From: a virus | DNA: 64,000 nt | Strand: one strand, 5' to 3' | Virus record (IMG/VR): IMGVR_UViG_3300020576_007358 | Part shown: in pieces, positions 45,391-55,500 of the stretch | Numbering within the stretch: position 1 is the stretch's first letter | How the letters are laid out: every line of letters starts with the position of its first letter | Translations under genes and position numbers: made by a program | The notes under the pieces: generated by a model | Seen by the model: only the letters and a program-made list of their open reading frames with translations | Databases searched by the model: none | What the model was told of the DNA's origin: nothing

Positions 45391-45941
45391 AGCGACGCCT
45401 AGTAGAAACTCTAGAAGTTCAGATTGTCCTTGCTGATAACAACGCAGGGTTTGTCACAGAGAACATGTGTGCTGAGTGGGGATCTGTAACGTACCCTGAA
45501 CTTTCAGTCATGCTAGTTCACTTGAGGCATCTTGCTCTGCTACACCAGACGCATCACTGGACTGCGAAGGGTGATCCATTCTACGGTGATCACTTGCTGT
45601 TTGAGCGCCTCTACAACTCAGTAACACCAGAGATTGATTCAGTAGCTGAGAAAGCTATTGGGCTGGGCACGACTGCAAATGTCGACGTTGCGCTTCAGAC
45701 GATGCAGTTGAACAAGCTAGTTCAGAATTACGGCATGTCACAGATGATTCCAACTGAATCTGACCTAGCACGAAGGTCGTTGATGGCAGAGTATAATTTT
45801 CTTGCCGTCGTCGCAAAACTTGTCGAGCTCATGAAAGAGTCTGGAACGTTGACTCGAGGTCTAGACAACTTGATCGCTGGCATAGAAGATCAGCACGAAG
45901 GAAATTGCTACTTGCTGAAGCAAAGGTGCTCTTTAGGTTGA
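45387..45941 (+). CDS. Dps/ferritin-like protein.
   Basis: HLRHLALLHQTHHWTAKGDPFYGDHLLFERLY matches the Dps H..HW...G..F...H..FE motif. ATG 45387 overlaps the upstream stop (ATGA). Confidence 0.45.
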   Translation: MKRRLVETLEVQIVLADNNAGFVTENMCAEWGSVTYPELSVMLVHLRHLALLHQTHHWTAKGDPFYGDHLLFERLYNSVTPEIDSVAEKAIGLGTTANVDVALQTMQLNKLVQNYGMSQMIPTESDLARRSLMAEYNFLAVVAKLVELMKESGTLTRGLDNLIAGIEDQHEGNCYLLKQRCSLG

Positions 45942-46474
45942 AAAAAGTTCAACGAAGCCTGTCTCCGCTTGAATTTGCAGCTGCTAAGTCTTTCCATCTA
46001 AAAGTAGTCTGTCATTCTCGACGACCGTACTTGATCACTAAGTGGAGGCGCATGCCAAAGAGCTCGGAAGCATTGACATGTTGGTGCACTAAAGATCCTC
46101 ACTTCGGCAAAGTGTATATCACGCTAAAGTATACGGTGGACGTTCCACCACAATCTATAAAGAAAGGTCGCCCTATCACGAGAAAAACATGGCTCGTGAC
46201 GTTGGGTTCTGAACCGTTCGAGTACAAACCAGATTGTGATTCTGTGGTCTTCAAACGCTACGTGATCAGCAATGAAGAAACAAGGGTTGAGCTCGTCCAG
46301 CATGCATTGTCCAACCAGATGTTTGCTATGTTTGGTATCAACGCCTACAAGACAGACGGTTTTAAGATAACAGAAACAAAGAAGAGGATCGAAGAAACGA
46401 AGCTTGTTGCATCAGTTCCTTCGAAGAATTTGAATCGTGGTAGAGATACTTACACTTGGAAGTTAAACCAATGA
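45905..46474 (+). CDS. Hypothetical protein.
   Basis: ORF track. Confidence 0.3.
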   Translation: MLLAEAKVLFRLKKVQRSLSPLEFAAAKSFHLKVVCHSRRPYLITKWRRMPKSSEALTCWCTKDPHFGKVYITLKYTVDVPPQSIKKGRPITRKTWLVTLGSEPFEYKPDCDSVVFKRYVISNEETRVELVQHALSNQMFAMFGINAYKTDGFKITETKKRIEETKLVASVPSKNLNRGRDTYTWKLNQ

Positions 46475-47166
46475 AGATGAAAATTTCGACTCTCCGGAAC
46501 GTGATCAAGGAAGTTCTTGAGACTGTTGCTGGTCAGGATGACGCCGCTGAGTTTGACGCAGCTCTCGCTGCTTACGCAAACGACTGGAAGAACTTTACTC
46601 GTGAGACACCAGAAGTTGATCCAGTCGAGGCTGCTGAAGCTGCGGCTGATGGTTTCTTTTACGACAACCCGGGCTGGCAGAAGTGGTCGATTGGAACTGG
46701 AATGTCACGTGAAGACATGGCTCAAGCAGTTGTCGATGCCGTGTACAGCGCTATGATGAATGGTCCAGTGACTGAAGCTACAGAAAAAGAAAGTGAGTAC
46801 GGTCGTACGGGCGCTGATCCTGGTCCGTACCCAACGCCAGAAAATTTTTGGGTTAACCGTCGTGACGGCAACGGTTCCTACGATGCGAAACGCCGCTGGG
46901 GTCCTAACCCACCTCCGGGTGCCAAATACGAAGAGTCGTTTGATGACGGTCATCTTAAGCCAAGGCCAGTAGTCATCAACAATCGTTTCTGGTACGATAA
47001 CATTGAAGTCATGGATGACGACGAGGCCGAGCAGAAGCAAATCATAAATCTAAAGCCTGGTGAGTCGTGGCACACTGGTGGCGGATTCCACGGTAACGGA
47101 TACACGGTAACGAGGGTTTCTTTACCACTTAAGGGCCCACCAAGGCCCACAGATTTAATCTTCTAA
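46456..47166 (+). CDS. Hypothetical protein with the shared N-terminal motif (MKMKISTLRNVIKEVLE).
   Basis: ORF track. Confidence 0.4.
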   Translation: MEVKPMKMKISTLRNVIKEVLETVAGQDDAAEFDAALAAYANDWKNFTRETPEVDPVEAAEAAADGFFYDNPGWQKWSIGTGMSREDMAQAVVDAVYSAMMNGPVTEATEKESEYGRTGADPGPYPTPENFWVNRRDGNGSYDAKRRWGPNPPPGAKYEESFDDGHLKPRPVVINNRFWYDNIEVMDDDEAEQKQIINLKPGESWHTGGGFHGNGYTVTRVSLPLKGPPRPTDLIF

Positions 47167-47170
47167 TAAA

Positions 47171-47200
47171 AGAGGTAGTTTTATGCTGCCTCTTTTGTTC
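47171..47200. terminator. Bidirectional stem-loop agaggtag-ttttatg-ctgcctct flanked by T/A runs, between convergent genes.
   Basis: Read from sequence. Confidence 0.4.
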
Positions 47201-47693
47201 ATTTAGCGCTCGGCCAGGCACCCGTTGCTTTATGAGTCATCCAAGCTGCGAATCCTTCAGGATTTTCCATGCCAGCACTCTTTGCTTTCTTCACCTTGTC
47301 TTTGAACTTCTTGGTGCCCTTGACCCACGATTTTGCAGCGGCTTTCGAAGGCCCGCGCTTCTTTGCTTCTGCAACGTTGTTTTCGACAACGTCACCCTCA
47401 TCATTGACAATCAAGTAGCTCGGCAGCGCTGCAACGACAGCTTCTTCGGTTGTTGCCAGCCAGCTCGCAAGTGCCTCGAGTGATACGATTCCTTCTTCTC
47501 TGTACAAGTCTTCCCACGTTGTGATGACTTCTTGAGGAGAGATTCGAACCCGCGTTTCTTCCATGCTCAACGGTTCACCGAAGCGCTCTGTCAAGATCTT
47601 GTTCGCTGATTCAAAGATGTTGGTCTTAAGCATGTTACTAAGTATGTGAAAATCTGAAGCAACAAGTGATATAGTATGCACCTCATGAGCCAA
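47199..47693 (-). CDS. Hypothetical protein with a lysine-rich C-terminus.
   Basis: Minus-strand ORF with a protein-like sequence. Confidence 0.4.
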   Translation of the reverse strand: MAHEVHTISLVASDFHILSNMLKTNIFESANKILTERFGEPLSMEETRVRISPQEVITTWEDLYREEGIVSLEALASWLATTEEAVVAALPSYLIVNDEGDVVENNVAEAKKRGPSKAAAKSWVKGTKKFKDKVKKAKSAGMENPEGFAAWMTHKATGAWPSAK

Positions 47694-48023
47694 CAGCAGA
47701 ATTTCTTGAGGGTAAAGCTTCTAGAAGAGTTCAACCAGATATTGTGCGAGCATAATCCGATGTGTCTGAACGAAGTTAGCGCAGACGAATACCAGTCTGA
47801 GGCTCTGTCTATCCTTGCAAGATTTTCAGAAGCTGGGTTTCACCTGGCTGAAAAAGACTCGATCGGCGAGCTGGCTAGCAGCATCGTGCTCAGCGTTCTG
47901 AACTTTTGGTTCACAGACACTGCACACCAGCACAGAGACAAAATCAACAAGTGTTCAGCAGCGCTCGTAGAAGCGTACTATAACTCTTGGATCAGAACAA
48001 GTGTAGATGAGGGCTTAGTGTAG
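47676..48023 (+). CDS. Hypothetical protein.
   Basis: ORF track. Confidence 0.3.
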   Translation: MHLMSQQQNFLRVKLLEEFNQILCEHNPMCLNEVSADEYQSEALSILARFSEAGFHLAEKDSIGELASSIVLSVLNFWFTDTAHQHRDKINKCSAALVEAYYNSWIRTSVDEGLV

Positions 48024-48036
48024 TACGATAGCAGCA

Positions 48037-49047
48037 ATGTCGAAGAAAGTTCTGATCACGGGTATCGCTGGTTTTCTTGGTTCGCATCTTGCGTTGCATC
48101 ACATCGCAGCCGGTGATGAGGTGATCGGTCTGGATGATTTCTCTTCGTCGAAGAGAGATTCTCTTCATCTTGCTACGATCAAGCGCCTCATGGCAGAGAA
48201 GAAGTTGGGGGAAGTCTATGAGTGCGACATTGCAGAGCAGAAGCAGGTTCATTACTGCTTGCAGAAGCACGCAATGAAAAAGTCACCAGCGGGAATTGAT
48301 CTGATCTATAACTTCGCTTGCCCTGCTTCACCGCCTCGATACCAACAGATTCCAACGAAGACGATGATGACATGCGTGGCCGGAACTAACAACATCATCG
48401 ACGTTGCTATGTGTAACAATTCTGTAGTTGTGCACGCCTCAACGTCTGAAGTGTACGGCGATCCGGATATCACTCCTCAAGTTGAATCTTATAGGGGTTG
48501 CGTGAACCCTTACGGTCCCCGAGCATGCTACGATGAAGGCAAGCGCGCAGCAGAAGCGTTGTGCTACGATTCTCTTTTCAAGTACGGCGTAGACGTACGT
48601 CTCGTTAGAATATTCAACACGTATGGCCCTCATCTTGATGTAACAGACGGACGTGTAGTTTCAAACTTTATAACTCAAGCCTTGTACAACAAAGATATCA
48701 CAATCTATGGTGATGGTTCTCAAACAAGGTCATTTTGTTACGTAGATGATCTGATACGTGGAATTGTTTCTTTGGGAGCCTTGAGCTACAATCCAAAAAC
48801 GCCCATTAATTTGGGAAATCCAAATGAGTTTACCATTAAAGAACTTGCAGATGTTGTTATGTCTTTGATTCCAAGTAGCAAATCAAAATTTGTATGGCAG
48901 TCCATACCTATTGATGATCCACTTCAGAGAAAACCAGATATTACTATAGCGAAAGAAATTCTTAAATGGCAACCGAGTGTGCAATTGCTGGAAGGTCTTC
49001 AGAAGACGATACACTACATTCAGAACGTGAATGTGCAATTTACGTGA
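48037..49047 (+). CDS. NAD-dependent epimerase/dehydratase (UDP-glucuronate decarboxylase / UXS-like).
   Basis: GIAGFLGSHL Rossmann motif and YDEGKRAAE catalytic YxxxK. Confidence 0.6.
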   Translation: MSKKVLITGIAGFLGSHLALHHIAAGDEVIGLDDFSSSKRDSLHLATIKRLMAEKKLGEVYECDIAEQKQVHYCLQKHAMKKSPAGIDLIYNFACPASPPRYQQIPTKTMMTCVAGTNNIIDVAMCNNSVVVHASTSEVYGDPDITPQVESYRGCVNPYGPRACYDEGKRAAEALCYDSLFKYGVDVRLVRIFNTYGPHLDVTDGRVVSNFITQALYNKDITIYGDGSQTRSFCYVDDLIRGIVSLGALSYNPKTPINLGNPNEFTIKELADVVMSLIPSSKSKFVWQSIPIDDPLQRKPDITIAKEILKWQPSVQLLEGLQKTIHYIQNVNVQFT

Positions 49048-49694
49048 TCACTAACAATGTTAATAACAAACGATATGTTGGGAAATCTGTTCAGCCAACT
49101 AGACGTTGGCTTGGGCACAAATCTTATGCCCGACGTGGTGATCTAAGAAGATTGTATTGTTCGATGCGAAAACATGGCGTTGAACAGTTCAAATTTGAAA
49201 TATTGACGTGGTGTGATAGTGAAGACGCTGCTTTTCTTGAAGAAAAAAGAATAGTAACTGAGTGGAATCTATGTGATCCACGTGTAGGTTATAACTTGAC
49301 TAGTGGTGGTCGTGGTGGATGTAGAGTGTCAGATCAAGTACGTCATAGAATGAAATTGCGTGAACCTTCAATGAAGGGTCGTAAACACACTGAAGAAACA
49401 AAGCGTCTATTGTCAATAGCTAGCTCTGGTGCTAATAATGCAAATTTTGGTAAACATAAAAGTGATGAAACTAAGCAAAAAATGAGTGATTCACAAAAAG
49501 GTCGTAAATTTACTGATGATCATCGTGAAAAGCTACGCCAGGCGAAGCTTGGAAAAAAGACAGGACGTAGTATACCACCAGAAATGGCTATAGCAAGAAG
49601 AAATATGAAAGGAACTATCGAGGCAAAAGAAGCTGCTAAATTGGGTTGGATAACACGTCGTGCCAAAATTAATGATGATACTGTAAATCAGTAA
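49044..49694 (+). CDS. GIY-YIG homing endonuclease with NUMOD3 repeats.
   Basis: VITNNVNNKRYVGKS, R..H, YNLTSGG. GTG 49044 overlaps the epimerase stop. ORF track 48966..49694. Confidence 0.55.
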   Translation: MITNNVNNKRYVGKSVQPTRRWLGHKSYARRGDLRRLYCSMRKHGVEQFKFEILTWCDSEDAAFLEEKRIVTEWNLCDPRVGYNLTSGGRGGCRVSDQVRHRMKLREPSMKGRKHTEETKRLLSIASSGANNANFGKHKSDETKQKMSDSQKGRKFTDDHREKLRQAKLGKKTGRSIPPEMAIARRNMKGTIEAKEAAKLGWITRRAKINDDTVNQ

Positions 49695-49771
49695 ATTTAT
49701 CGACATTTAACGAAAACTTAGTGTGAACTTGCGCTGTCACGAGCCTTACAATGTAAGGTAAGACGAATTAC

Positions 49772-49822
49772 ATGACACCGAAACGATTTGTTGGTCTTCA
49801 TAATCACACGTGCTTTTCTTAG
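49772..49822 (+). pseudogene. Orphan copy of the dnaE 5' end (MTPKRFVGLHNHTCFS then TAG).
   Basis: 17 codons homologous, with synonymous differences, to 50676..50720, which is the true dnaE start region. Confidence 0.4.
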
Positions 49823-49860
49823 TGGCTCCTATGGATTATTAGGTGGTCATCTAAATTAAA

Positions 49861-50622
49861 GTGAAGTATATTCATGGTGTTGAAGCCATGAAATCAAGAG
49901 AAAAAGTTTGTGACTGGTGCCATAATCCTTTTATTGATAAATCAAAAGGTAATTGGTGCCGCACATGTTCAAAAAACTGTCGTAATCAACTTCGAACGCA
50001 AAATATGAGAAAAGGTGGCGCATTTGAATGGGATGAAGAACGACGTAAGAAAATTGGTGAAATAACCAAACAGAATCTACTTTCAGGAAAAGTAGAAAAT
50101 CCGTGGTCTCGTAATGAGGTCAAAGAAAAAATTCGTCAGACGAACCTTAAAAAGTTTGGTGTTTCGAACTGGAGACAGACGAAAGAGGGTCGTGAAAGAA
50201 CTATTACGTTCAATAAGAAACGAATTCGTTCGCGAGAAGAACGTCGAAAACATAGTGATAATGCTCGAAAACAAATGAAAGGTGGTCTCAAATCACGAGG
50301 AAAGGCCGGGAAGCGAGATGATCTTCCTGGATTTTATCGCAGTTCATGGGAGGCAAATTACGCACGAATTCTTATCCACCAGGGAAAATCTTGGCTATAT
50401 GAACCGAAAACGTTCGAGCTCGCAAGTGGGATTTCTTACACGCCAGATTTCTATGTTGATGGTTGTTTCATTGAAATCAAAGGCTGGATGGATGATCGGT
50501 CGAAACGTCAACTCGACGAATTTACAATTGAGTATCCAAACGAGAGGTTGCAAATTGTTGGTCCGAAGGAATATTATAGCCTTCGACAACAATACGCGTC
50601 ATTGATTAAGGAATGGGAATGA
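49861..50622 (+). CDS. Homing endonuclease-like protein (zinc finger, basic repeats, PD-(D/E)xK core YTPDFYVDGCFIEIKG).
   Basis: ORF track. Sits between the two dnaE 5' copies. Confidence 0.5.
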   Translation: MKYIHGVEAMKSREKVCDWCHNPFIDKSKGNWCRTCSKNCRNQLRTQNMRKGGAFEWDEERRKKIGEITKQNLLSGKVENPWSRNEVKEKIRQTNLKKFGVSNWRQTKEGRERTITFNKKRIRSREERRKHSDNARKQMKGGLKSRGKAGKRDDLPGFYRSSWEANYARILIHQGKSWLYEPKTFELASGISYTPDFYVDGCFIEIKGWMDDRSKRQLDEFTIEYPNERLQIVGPKEYYSLRQQYASLIKEWE

Positions 50623-50732
50623 AAATTAACGATTCAAACAACAGAAAGGAGGTATCCCTAGAAAACTCTGTGCGCACTCCGAAGCGATTTGTTGGTTTGC
50701 ATAATCACACAGGGTTTTCGTAGGGGATTTAA

Positions 50733-51620
50733 TCACCCTTTGACGGCCTCGGATACCCGAACGAACATTTCGATTTTTGTCGTGAGAATGGTCTTGATGC
50801 TCACGCAATTACTGAGCACGGTAACATGAACAGTTACGCTCATGCTCAACTCGCAGTTGAAGATTGGAATAAAGCAAACCCAAAACTTCCTTTCAAGTAC
50901 ATTCCGGGTTGTGAAATGTACTTTCACCCAAGCTTGAAGCAGTGGGAAGTTGACAAGCTTCGTGCTGAAGAAGCCCTGGTCGATAAGAAAGCAGCAGCGA
51001 AGCTCCTGAAGGAGCAGGAAAAGCTGCAGACAAAGATCATTGCTGTCGTCGATGAAGCGGATGAAACCGAAGACATCGAGATGACCAATGCTCTGACAGT
51101 TGAAAATGAAGACGAGTCAAAGTCAACGAAGCACTTCAATCCCGTCAACCGTCGTCATCACCTTGTTGTTCTGCCAAAGAACCAGCAGGGCTTGCTGTCC
51201 ATTTTCTCTGCGTGCTCGAAAGCGTACATGCAGGGTTTTTACAGATTCCCTCGCATCGACTTGGAGATGCTGAAGGAAGCAGGAAAAGATCGTAACATCG
51301 TTGTCACTTCTGCATGCATTCATCCAGATTCAATTGTGATCACCAATTGTGGTTCAATGAAGATTGTTAATCTAGTTGAACATGTAAAAAATGGCACTGA
51401 AATTTCGGTGTTGTCATATGATCATGACACAAACCAACTTGTTTTTAAGAAAGTTACTTGGGCTGATAAAACAAGAGAACAAGCAAAAATTGTTCGAATT
51501 AAGCTTAAAAATGGTGCAACATTGCGGGTAACGCCTGATCACAAAGTCTATACTAAACGTGGTTGGGTAGAAGCACAAGAACTTCTGAAAACAGATCATA
51601 TACTGTCAATCCACCAATAG
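50733..51620 (+). CDS. dnaE: DnaE (Pol III alpha) PHP-domain N-terminal piece followed by an intein N-half (CIHPDSIVIT...TPDHKVYT, starts 51315) and a stop. The upstream in-frame start region at 50619/50670..50720 is separated from it by TAG (50721) and TAA (50730).
   Basis: SPFDGLGYPNEHF...AITEHGN...GCEMY PHP motifs. Intein blocks A and B. ORF track 50826..51620. Confidence 0.55.
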   Translation, partial: SPFDGLGYPNEHFDFCRENGLDAHAITEHGNMNSYAHAQLAVEDWNKANPKLPFKYIPGCEMYFHPSLKQWEVDKLRAEEALVDKKAAAKLLKEQEKLQTKIIAVVDEADETEDIEMTNALTVENEDESKSTKHFNPVNRRHHLVVLPKNQQGLLSIFSACSKAYMQGFYRFPRIDLEMLKEAGKDRNIVVTSACIHPDSIVITNCGSMKIVNLVEHVKNGTEISVLSYDHDTNQLVFKKVTWADKTREQAKIVRIKLKNGATLRVTPDHKVYTKRGWVEAQELLKTDHILSIHQ

Positions 51621-51636
51621 TTATTGGTGGACAACT

Positions 51637-52596
51637 ATGAGAAAATTTGATTCTAAAAAGAAAGCACTAGCTCGTCAAGAATTTCTTGACTCTCTAACTC
51701 ATGTAGGTCTGACGACGGTTGAATTGAAGCGCCTGGCATCAGACCTACATTATAGTTTGTCTATGATTTATGATCTAATTGTGAGAGATCACAATGATAT
51801 TGTTACACGTTTTCGTTTTTCAAAACGATCAATTGTAAATCTGTTTCATAAACTAGGCATAGTTCATAACAATAAACTTTACTTGAGATTGCCTCAAGAA
51901 GTTAAGTTGCAGTTCAAATATCCTAAGGGAACTTCTCTTGAAGAGATAAAAAAGATCTGTTCACAACAATCTTCAAAAGGTGCTAAGACTACTCATCGTA
52001 TTAGAAAGGCATGGGATGCATACACGCCCAAAAATAATACTGAATATTATCTCAATAAAGGATATTCTCTTGACGAAGCAAATGTTAAATCGTCAGCCTT
52101 TCGAAAAAGTAAGTCTCCATTCTCAAGATCATTTTCGAACTATCAACAGCTTGCTGCTGATGACGTTCTAGAACTAATTCGTGAACTCTCAAGAAATAGA
52201 GGGCTTAAAGGGCTTGTTAGTATGCGTGCTCGCAATTCGAAACTCGAATTGCGAGTTGTATCTGAATTGCTAAACAAAGATATTCATTGTGAAACACAGA
52301 AAATTTTGGGCAAATTTGCATATGATGTTTTTGTACCAAGATTCAATCTGATCATTGAAGTAAATGGAACGTACTGGCACGCAGATCCACGCGTTTATAA
52401 CGCTGATGATCTAATTCAATTTCCGTACGGGCAAGTTAAGGCAAGTGAAAAATGGTCAAAAGATGAGATAAAGTTGGCTTATGCCAGATCAATTGGCTAT
52501 AATGTTTGTGTGTTGTGGGAAGCGGACTTGAAAAAAGAAGGTTACCTTGACGAATTCATCAAATCAATCAATGACAGCTATGCAGATGACAACTGA
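51637..52596 (+). CDS. Free-standing homing endonuclease (Vsr-like core IIEVNGTYWH...VCVLWEADL) between the dnaE pieces.
   Basis: ORF track. Confidence 0.55.
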   Translation: MRKFDSKKKALARQEFLDSLTHVGLTTVELKRLASDLHYSLSMIYDLIVRDHNDIVTRFRFSKRSIVNLFHKLGIVHNNKLYLRLPQEVKLQFKYPKGTSLEEIKKICSQQSSKGAKTTHRIRKAWDAYTPKNNTEYYLNKGYSLDEANVKSSAFRKSKSPFSRSFSNYQQLAADDVLELIRELSRNRGLKGLVSMRARNSKLELRVVSELLNKDIHCETQKILGKFAYDVFVPRFNLIIEVNGTYWHADPRVYNADDLIQFPYGQVKASEKWSKDEIKLAYARSIGYNVCVLWEADLKKEGYLDEFIKSINDSYADDN

Positions 52597-55500
52597 ATTC
52601 GTTGAAATTGACAGCATTTCCATTGACGAAGAAACACCTGACGTATATGACATAACAGTTGAAGATACACATTGTTTTTTTGCTGATGGTTCGCTAGTCC
52701 ATAATTGCATCGGCGGGTTTCCCTCTTGGAGCGTATTCCAAGTGCTTCAGGGAATTTCGTTCGATAATCTCAACCAGTCGCTCCTTGACGACAAGGCTCT
52801 TCTTGATAAGTGCGTTGATGCTGTCGGAAATACGTACGACATGATGGTGTCTGCGGTTGGTGAAGGAAATTACTTCCTCGAGCTGCAGTTCAACCGTCTG
52901 CCGGCGCAGAACCTTGTCAACCGTGCAATCATTGAGTTTGCAACCAGAAATGGTTTGCAAAAACAACTTGTTGTCACTGGAGATGCACACTACTACAATC
53001 CAGACGTCTGGAAGGAGCGTGAGCTCTACAAGAAGTTGGGTTGGATGAACTACCAGACGATCGATCCCAATTCACTTCCAAAATCTCGAGACGAGCTGAA
53101 GTGCGAACTTTACCCAAAGAACGCGCCTCAGATGTGGGATGAGTACTTGAAGTCGAAGGTCGATACGTCTTTTTACGATGATCAGATCATCTGTGATGCA
53201 ATTGAGCGAACCCATGACATCGCGCATCACCTCATTGGTGAGGTTAAACCAGATCGATCGCAAAAGTTTCCAACTGAGCGCCTCATCCCACCAGGTGAGA
53301 AGTCATTCAACCATCTCGTGAAGTTGTGCAAGGATGGGATGGTGAAGCGTGGGCTCGATGGCAAGGATGAATATCTTGATCGTTTGAAAGAAGAGCTCGG
53401 CGTCATCAAGCAGATGAAGAATGCGGATTACTTCATCTCGTACCAAAAGATCATCGAGCTGGCGCGGAAAGTAGTTTTGGTAGGACCTGGGCGAGGCAGT
53501 GGCGCCGGATCTCTTGTTGCGTACGTGCTGTACATCACCGACCTAGATCCGATCAAGTGGGACCTACCTTTCTCTCGATTCCTCTCCGTGCATCGTCAAG
53601 GTGCGCCAGACATTGATAGCGACGTCTCTGACCGCGATAAAGTTCTTGATCAGCTGCGAAATTTCTTTGGTTACGAGAACGTCGTTCCAATCTCGAACTA
53701 CAATGCTTTCAAGGTGAAGAGTCTCTTGAAGGATGTCAGCAAGTTCTATGGCATTCCCTTCGATGAAGTCAACGCCGCGACTAGAACTGTCGAAGACTCT
53801 GTTCGCCGCGCAACGATGAAGGAAGGTGATGACAAGAACCTATTCGTGCTCACGTACGATGAGGGTTTGAAGTACGACAAAGCTTTCTCAGACTTCATTG
53901 CACGGCACCCTGAAGTTGGCGAATCTATGAACGTTCTGTTCAAGCAGAATCGTTCTCTTGGACGTCACGCAGGTGGTGTTCTAATTGCTGACGATCTTCC
54001 AAACAAGATGCCCCTGATCACCAGCAAGGGTGAACCGCAGAGTCCTTGGGTAGAAGGTGTCAACTTCAAACACCTTGAGAAGATCGGAAATTTCATCAAG
54101 TACGACATTCTTGGCCTTGAAACGTTGAGGTTGATCGAAAGAACGATCGAACTGATCCTCATCAAAGAGGGAAATGCAGCACCAACGTTCGATGACATCA
54201 AGACTTGGTATGAAAACAACATGTCACCTGATGTCATCGATCTTGACGATCAGAAGGCATACGAAACTTACTGCGAAGGGCGTTGGGCTGGCGTATTTCA
54301 ATGTACAGGAAAAGGCGCTCAGCAACTTTTCAAGAAGGCTCGGCCAAAGAGCATCATCGATATCGCAGCTTTGACGTCCATTTATCGACCGGGTCCGCTA
54401 GCGGCTCACGTTGACAAGTTGTGGTTGAAGCATGAAGTTGAACCGTACGACTGGGGTCACCCGCTCATCAACTCTACGTTGAAAGAAACACGTGGGTTGC
54501 TGGTGTTCCAAGAGGGCGTCATGGCTCTTGTCAACAAAGTCTCTGGCTTTCCGCTGTCAGAAACTGACGAGGTTCGACGTGCTATCATGAAGCGCAGCAT
54601 CTCAGGCGGTGAAGCTGCGAAGAAGAAGATGAAGGAACTTGAAGACAGCATCGTTGCTGGTGCTGTGAAGAACGGCGTTCCGGAAGCAACTGCTCGCAAG
54701 ATGTATGAAACGATCTGTTTCATGAGCGGTTACGGTTTCAACAAGAGCCATGCAGTTGCTTACGCAATCGACTCGTACTGGTGTGCCTGGTTGCTAACGC
54801 ACTACGAAGAGCAGTGGTTGTGCGCTTATCTCGAGTCCATGTCAAACACCCCAGAGCAGCGAGCAAAAGCTTTCAGCGAAGTGAAGGCTTTGGGCTACCA
54901 GATCGTCCCAATCGATATCAACCAAGCTGCGCTTGGTTGGACTGTGCTGCCCGGCAAGAAATTGATGCCATCGATGACAAGCTGCAAGGGTGTTGGTGAT
55001 TCAGCAGTTGAAGAGATCATGGAAAACAGACCTTACGAGGCAATTGAAGATCTGCTGTGGGATGATGAATTCAACTGGAGGCACAGCAAGTTCAACAAGA
55101 GGGCTCTAGAAGCTCTCATCAAGATTGGTGCTTTTGGTTCAATGAACATCGTTGGTGAAGGAAAGCTGTTCAGCAGCTACAAGCACATGCACGATGTCAT
55201 CGTTGGATCTCACGTTGAGACAGTGACGAAGAAGAGGAAAGGTGAAGTTTCAACGTTCGAAGCTGAGATAGATCATAATGCTCTGATAAAGCGACATCCC
55301 AAGAGCGATCCAACTGAAGGTTTGAAGAACTTCTTTGAGCTTGTTCGAAAGTACGCTGGGCAACCTGATTGGTCTTCTATCGAGAAGGCTCAGAACATGG
55401 TTGAAGTGTTCGGCACTTTGGATGTGACAGCGATGATTGATCCTCGGTTGCTCGATGCCCTAGACGGGAAGGGAGTAGTTCCAGTCGAAGATGTTGAGCT

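Noticed and set aside
49823-50732. Group I intron in dnaE carrying the HE ORF.
   Set aside because: Outside the HE ORF only about 38 nt (5') and 110 nt (3') remain. That is too little for a P1-P9 core, and no P7-like conserved elements are evident. The second copy of the exon sequence would be inside the putative intron, which is not expected.
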